This document shows positions 62,001-64,000 of a stretch of DNA of 64,000 nucleotides, piece after piece. The notes beneath the pieces are model-generated. The model saw nothing but the letters and a program-made list of their open reading frames with translations, ran no database searches and was not told the origin of the DNA. Made by a program: the position numbers and the translations under genes. Source of the DNA: Octopus vulgaris (Eukaryota); contig OX597816.1 in NCBI GenBank assembly GCA_951406725.2, positions 134,540,001-134,604,000 of the forward strand, in the 5' to 3' direction. The first letter of the stretch is position 1. Every line of letters begins with the position of its first letter.

Positions 62001-64000
62001 CAGTTCTTAAACTGATAGATACCAGGCCCCATTAAAAAAAAAAGTGAAATTTTTTTTTGTCCTCATTCCCTTTTTATTAATGAGACCAAAGAATATGCAT
62101 CCATAAAATTCTTCTTCCTTTGTTAGACAAGTTTTAAAATGCTTAAAACCATTTTAATCTTATTAAACATGATCATTTGTCTGCTACCTCTACAATCCTC
62201 TCAAACTTCCCTAATGAGAAATACTGAACTATATATGGTTAATTTGAAACAAAATTTTGTTATTGCATTTATGACAAAAATAATGACATACAGAGACTAG
62301 TTCAAGTGGAATGAACAAGTGGTGTCTCAAGTAGGAAATTAACAACAATTTCTCCAGGAAAACGGCAGTTGTAGTTAATCACCTTTTTTCAGATGATGAG
62401 AACACCCATGATGACACTTTAATGCAAAGAAGGTTTCTGCTCTCACAAAGGAGGGACCTGCTAATGTCAGCTTCAATATATCTGTAGTGTGCATCAGATG
62501 GCAGCAATGGCAATGGAGTTGATGTAGAGTTCTCTACTCAGACAAAAGATGGATCTTTGCGAATGAGAGTGAAATATGAATTTTTTGTTTAACTAGCTTC
62601 CATCTCCCACTGATGTTCTTTCCAATTTGATGTAGAACAGTGACTACACTATACATTTCAATGCAGTCAGTTACAATGCTCCCATTGCATAAGTGAAGCT
62701 GAAAAGCATCTGAGAGGGAAGTTTTGCTTTCCTTAATTTCCAAATACAGTGAAGACACTATATAAGACCTTCTTTATTAAAGTATCTGATTACAATACCA
62801 CAAAACCTTCTGTAGTGTGAACACTATCATGTCTGAATCTGTAAGGAAGGGTGATAAGTTAGTAGTTGGCAAAGTCAGAGAGGTTGTTCTTTTTCTAGGA
62901 TTGTATATCTATAAATCTGAGCATGGTAAAAAAATACCAAGAGAACCAGTCATTTTGTTGAGCTAAAATGACCAGAGAAGTTTACACACCTGCTTACTAT
63001 GTTTGTAAGGTGATGAAGTGAATGGATAAGAGAGTTCAACAGAGTTTTTATTGAGTGAGTGAGGAGTAGAAGTGGGGAGAAAATAGCAAGTACAGTGAAT
63101 ATATATGTAGGAGTACTTGGGCAGATAAAATAATTGTTTTATAGTTTCTAGAGAGACACTAGAACACTTATTGCAATTTGGAAACTAAAAAGCTTGCAGA
63201 CTGCACAATGCATCATGAGAAAGGCTTTTTTTAAAATTTTGCTTTCCTGGTCATCATGTAAGTATTTTGACAGTGGAATATTTCATAGATAGTTATGGTA
63301 GAGGATTCCTCCTCCTGGTGTTGTAGGCTGTCCTAACCTGTACATCAGCAGCACAGCTGCAACAAAACTACTTAGATTTGCATCTGTGGCATGAATACAA
63401 AATAAGGGTGGTTTCAGGTACCTGCTTAGCTTTTATAGATGTTTCCACTTGAGATATTACCATATCAAACCAGTTTGAATTTGTGAAAATAATCTTTTTT
63501 CTAAATCATAAACATATTTGTAATAATATTCATGTGAGATATATGACTGAATAAAAATCTATTGCAAAGAAATTAAACTTTTAACTTCAACACCTTGGAC
63601 TCTAAACAGAAATTATTACATAGAGAGAGCAACTCTAACCAATTTTCAAACGGATTAACTGATTTAATATTTTCCAATAATTTAAATACACCAAATGTGT
63701 TAATCTGCTTCTGATAATATAACCAAAAATATCATCTAGCTTTCCTGAAACAGAGGGACTAAAGTGTATATAACAAATAAGTTTTGGTTTAATGAAATTA
63801 ATCAGGTGTCTTTACCTGTATAACCTCTATCATCTCGAGTAGATGGAGTGACTAAACTAGAGTCACGGCGAGTTTCTCTCATCAAAGTTTCACATTTATC
63901 ACATGAACATAAAGGGTGACAGAGTTTGCGGCGGGCTTGGTCAGCCATTTCATTCTGTCGATTTAGAAAGACTTTCACGGCATTTTCATCTCCACCTTCT
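39096..64000 (-). CDS. ANKRD27: ANKRD27/VARP, 5'-partial; complement join(63816..64000,61328..61467,60853..60945,58508..58616,56158..56315,52810..52974,52340..52474,[48587..48616],43004..43198,42215..42334,41268..41426,39096..39170)
   Basis: In-frame GT-AG exons encode LCHPLCSCDKC..VTPSTRDDRGYTALHVAA..ATDYMGLTPMHLACQKGFQSV..DNDGNTPLH..GHEECVKALV..GDTALHLAAKWGY, a second LCHPLCQCEKC and a second ankyrin block. This is VARP architecture; the VPS9 domain would lie beyond 64000. Confidence 0.93.
39495..39728 (-). mobile_element. RTE 3' tail copy
   Basis: Highly similar to 50111-50300. Confidence 0.85.
40146..40727. repeat. Complex inverted/direct duplication
   Basis: 40146-40312 is the revcomp of 40477-40646; 40362-40431 is the revcomp of 40659-40727; 40449-40475 directly repeats 40150-40176. 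Confidence 0.8.
41268..41426 (-). CDS. ANKRD27: ANKRD27 exon (HGARVNQRNHIGSTCLHEAV...LSPVHLAE)
   Basis: ttctag acceptor, gtatgt donor. Confidence 0.9.
42215..42334 (-). CDS. ANKRD27: ANKRD27 exon (MVELLLSYGAKVNLADHCGNSPLHH...LLLE)
   Basis: ttgcag acceptor, gtattt donor. Confidence 0.9.
43004..43198 (-). CDS. ANKRD27: ANKRD27 exon (KLAKKQNDIDINKRNCQGLTALHL...GFTPLHLACMNDDVE)
   Basis: ttttag acceptor, gtaaag donor, ankyrin repeats. Confidence 0.9.
43345..44207. mobile_element. Tc1/mariner-type non-autonomous element with a nested insert
   Basis: TA|CAGGATGTCCCAGAGTTAACT ... AGTTAATTCTAGGACAGCCTG|TA. Confidence 0.65.
43719..44081 (+). mobile_element. Helentron-associated (HINE-like) non-autonomous element
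   Basis: 5' acctctgccaagg sub-terminal motif and 3' hairpin acctctgcct-ccct-aaggcagatgt; family assignment inferred. Confidence 0.5.
45740..46560 (+). mobile_element. Old degenerate RTE LINE 3' half
   Basis: LEVVDNSCYLDNQ-like segment, 'ctctcaagtgaaggacagattgtatgatg' similar to the revcomp of ~59600-59640, degenerate tail atccaaccc..atgatg. Confidence 0.6.
48587..48616 (-). CDS. ANKRD27: Candidate 30-nt cassette microexon of ANKRD27 (SLKELLSQGY)
   Basis: CACTAAC branch point, ttgcatttttccttcag acceptor, GTAAGT donor, phase 0/0 matching flanking exons, no stop codon. Confidence 0.6.
49424..49645 (-). mobile_element. piggyBac-type MITE, family 2
   Basis: TTAA flanks; revcomp of 51774-51993. 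Confidence 0.7.
50111..50568 (-). mobile_element. RTE 3'UTR/tail copy containing 62-bp tandem repeats
   Basis: (TCA)n tail, aacgtccgctttccatgctagcatgggttggacg hairpin, units starting 50291, 50353, 50415; homologous to 58712-59100. Confidence 0.85.
51774..51993 (+). mobile_element. piggyBac-type MITE, family 2
   Basis: TTAA|CCCTTTAGTGTT ... AACACTAAAGTG|TTAA. Confidence 0.75.
52340..52474 (-). CDS. ANKRD27: ANKRD27 exon (VRFYLG...LCHPLCQCEKCAVLQK); Zn-fingernail 2
   Basis: cttcag acceptor, gtagag donor; HPLCQCxKC motif. Confidence 0.92.
52810..52974 (-). CDS. ANKRD27: ANKRD27 exon (YSPERK...SSVSSS...EKLFKAIKNHDVQL)
   Basis: ttgcag acceptor, gtaaga donor; Ser-rich linker followed by an EKL..A helix. 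Confidence 0.88.
54088..55687 (+). mobile_element. Full-length 1.6-kb Tc1-like DD37E (TRT-type) DNA transposon
   Basis: TA flanks both ends; TIRs CTGTGGGGGACAAAAGAGTTTGCAGA vs CTGTGGGGGTCAAAAGTGTTTGCAAA (3 mismatches in 26); contains an uninterrupted transposase ORF. Confidence 0.93.
54306..55319 (+). CDS. Tc1-like transposase, DD37E, 337 aa
   Basis: N-terminal HTH region with GRPK; WTDEARATLDGPDGW, QQDNAPSH and WPPQSSDLNPIENLW motifs; 37 residues between the second D and E; first ATG at 54306. Confidence 0.92.
   Translation: MAKGKMLTDSEKGEIVKLLAAKKSTIEISKILKRDHRTVKRFVIDGKDGRKKHKSGRPKVTSPRDFRKIKRSVLANPHSTSKAIFDHAGVSDISKRTRNQILKQIDDQRTPTKCPPLSDINCQKRLAWATKYLKTNFQNVLWTDEARATLDGPDGWTKGWLLKGNSPRLRFRHQQGGGKVMIWAGIIGSEIVGPFLVPEGVKMNSVNYCEFLEENLLPWLNSQNDAVNQNLIIQQDNAPSHASRFTKAWLSDQGISGERLMDWPPQSSDLNPIENLWSILKRKVYENGHQFNSKKDIWERIKEVSSEITPQQVHKLTSSVDRRLMDLIKNGGKRIKG
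55818..56045 (+). mobile_element. RTE 3' tail copy
   Basis: ggttggcgttaggaagggcatccagc..ccgtccaacccgtgctagcgcggaaaacggacgttaaacgatgatg. Confidence 0.85.
56158..56315 (-). CDS. ANKRD27: ANKRD27 exon (NIVETLIENNARTDIRNRKKQFPMNCAHN...YYAGR)
   Basis: tttcag acceptor, gtaagt donor. Confidence 0.9.
56979..57189. repeat. ~210-bp palindromic (foldback) MITE-like element, plus a half copy at 56758-56835
   Basis: gttgtgtctggggagagtcattctc...caac.. arm pairs with ..gagaataactctccccagacacaac. Confidence 0.85.
57725..58420. mobile_element. Family B SINE cluster: two + copies (~57725-58090) and one - copy (~58185-58417)
   Basis: aaggcggcaagctagcagaaacgttagc..gagttcaaattc..tttcatcctttc and its reverse complement. 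Confidence 0.85.
58508..58616 (-). CDS. ANKRD27: ANKRD27 exon (CVKALVFSD...GDTALHLAAKWGY)
   Basis: atccag acceptor, gtaaga donor. Confidence 0.92.
58712..60500 (-). mobile_element. 5'-truncated, degenerate RTE-clade LINE including 3'UTR and (GAT)n tail
   Basis: GKSTTDAIFLVRQL..LAFVDMEKAFDRVPR..ADDL; Cys-rich insert (FVCGKC); RRGRPRKTWDEVV C-terminus; multiple frameshifts. Confidence 0.9.
60853..60945 (-). CDS. ANKRD27: ANKRD27 exon (LLLVHFGCNLHLTDNDGNTPLHSCAANGHEE)
   Basis: ttatag acceptor, gtgagt donor, ankyrin GNTPLH motif. Confidence 0.92.
61328..61467 (-). CDS. ANKRD27: ANKRD27 exon (LHVAAAAGHAELIDILV...HLACQKGFQSVA)
   Basis: gtttag acceptor, gtatgt donor, ankyrin repeats. Confidence 0.92.
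62330..62950 (-). mobile_element. Highly decayed LINE remnant
   Basis: KKNNLSDFANY*LITL resembles the RT N-terminal K.....NYRPI.L motif; frames are broken. Confidence 0.35.
63816..64000 (-). CDS. ANKRD27: ANKRD27 exon, partial (EGGDENAVKVFL...LCHPLCSCDKC...RDDRGYT); Zn-fingernail 1
   Basis: Open frame to a G|gtaaag donor; CHPLCxCxxC motif. Confidence 0.92.

Overview
AT-rich, repeat-dense eukaryotic genomic DNA. The SINE/RTE repeat families and (TA)n/(TG)n density point to a coleoid cephalopod, probably Octopus (inference, not database-verified). Three host genes: (1) the 3' eight exons of a + strand S28-family serine peptidase (PRSS16/K12H4.7-like, 1377-11133; 5' exons upstream of the window); (2) an intronless 673-aa FG-GAP-repeat membrane protein on the - strand (18136-20157) collinear with plant DEX1; (3) the 3' half of ANKRD27/VARP on the - strand (64000 to ~39096/37600), with both CHPLCxCxxC Zn-fingernails and both ankyrin blocks. 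Mobile DNA includes a full-length DD37E (TRT-type) Tc1 element with an open transposase ORF, truncated L1/Tx1, CR1, RTE and CRE-like retroelements, many tRNA-derived SINEs, and Merlin-, hAT-, piggyBac- and Tc1/mariner-type MITEs. Best leads: the animal DEX1 homologue, a candidate 30-nt neural-type microexon in ANKRD27 with UGC and Rbfox motifs, and the DD37E transposon. I found no wholly new multi-gene system that I can support. Coordinates were read by eye; repeat boundaries are approximate.
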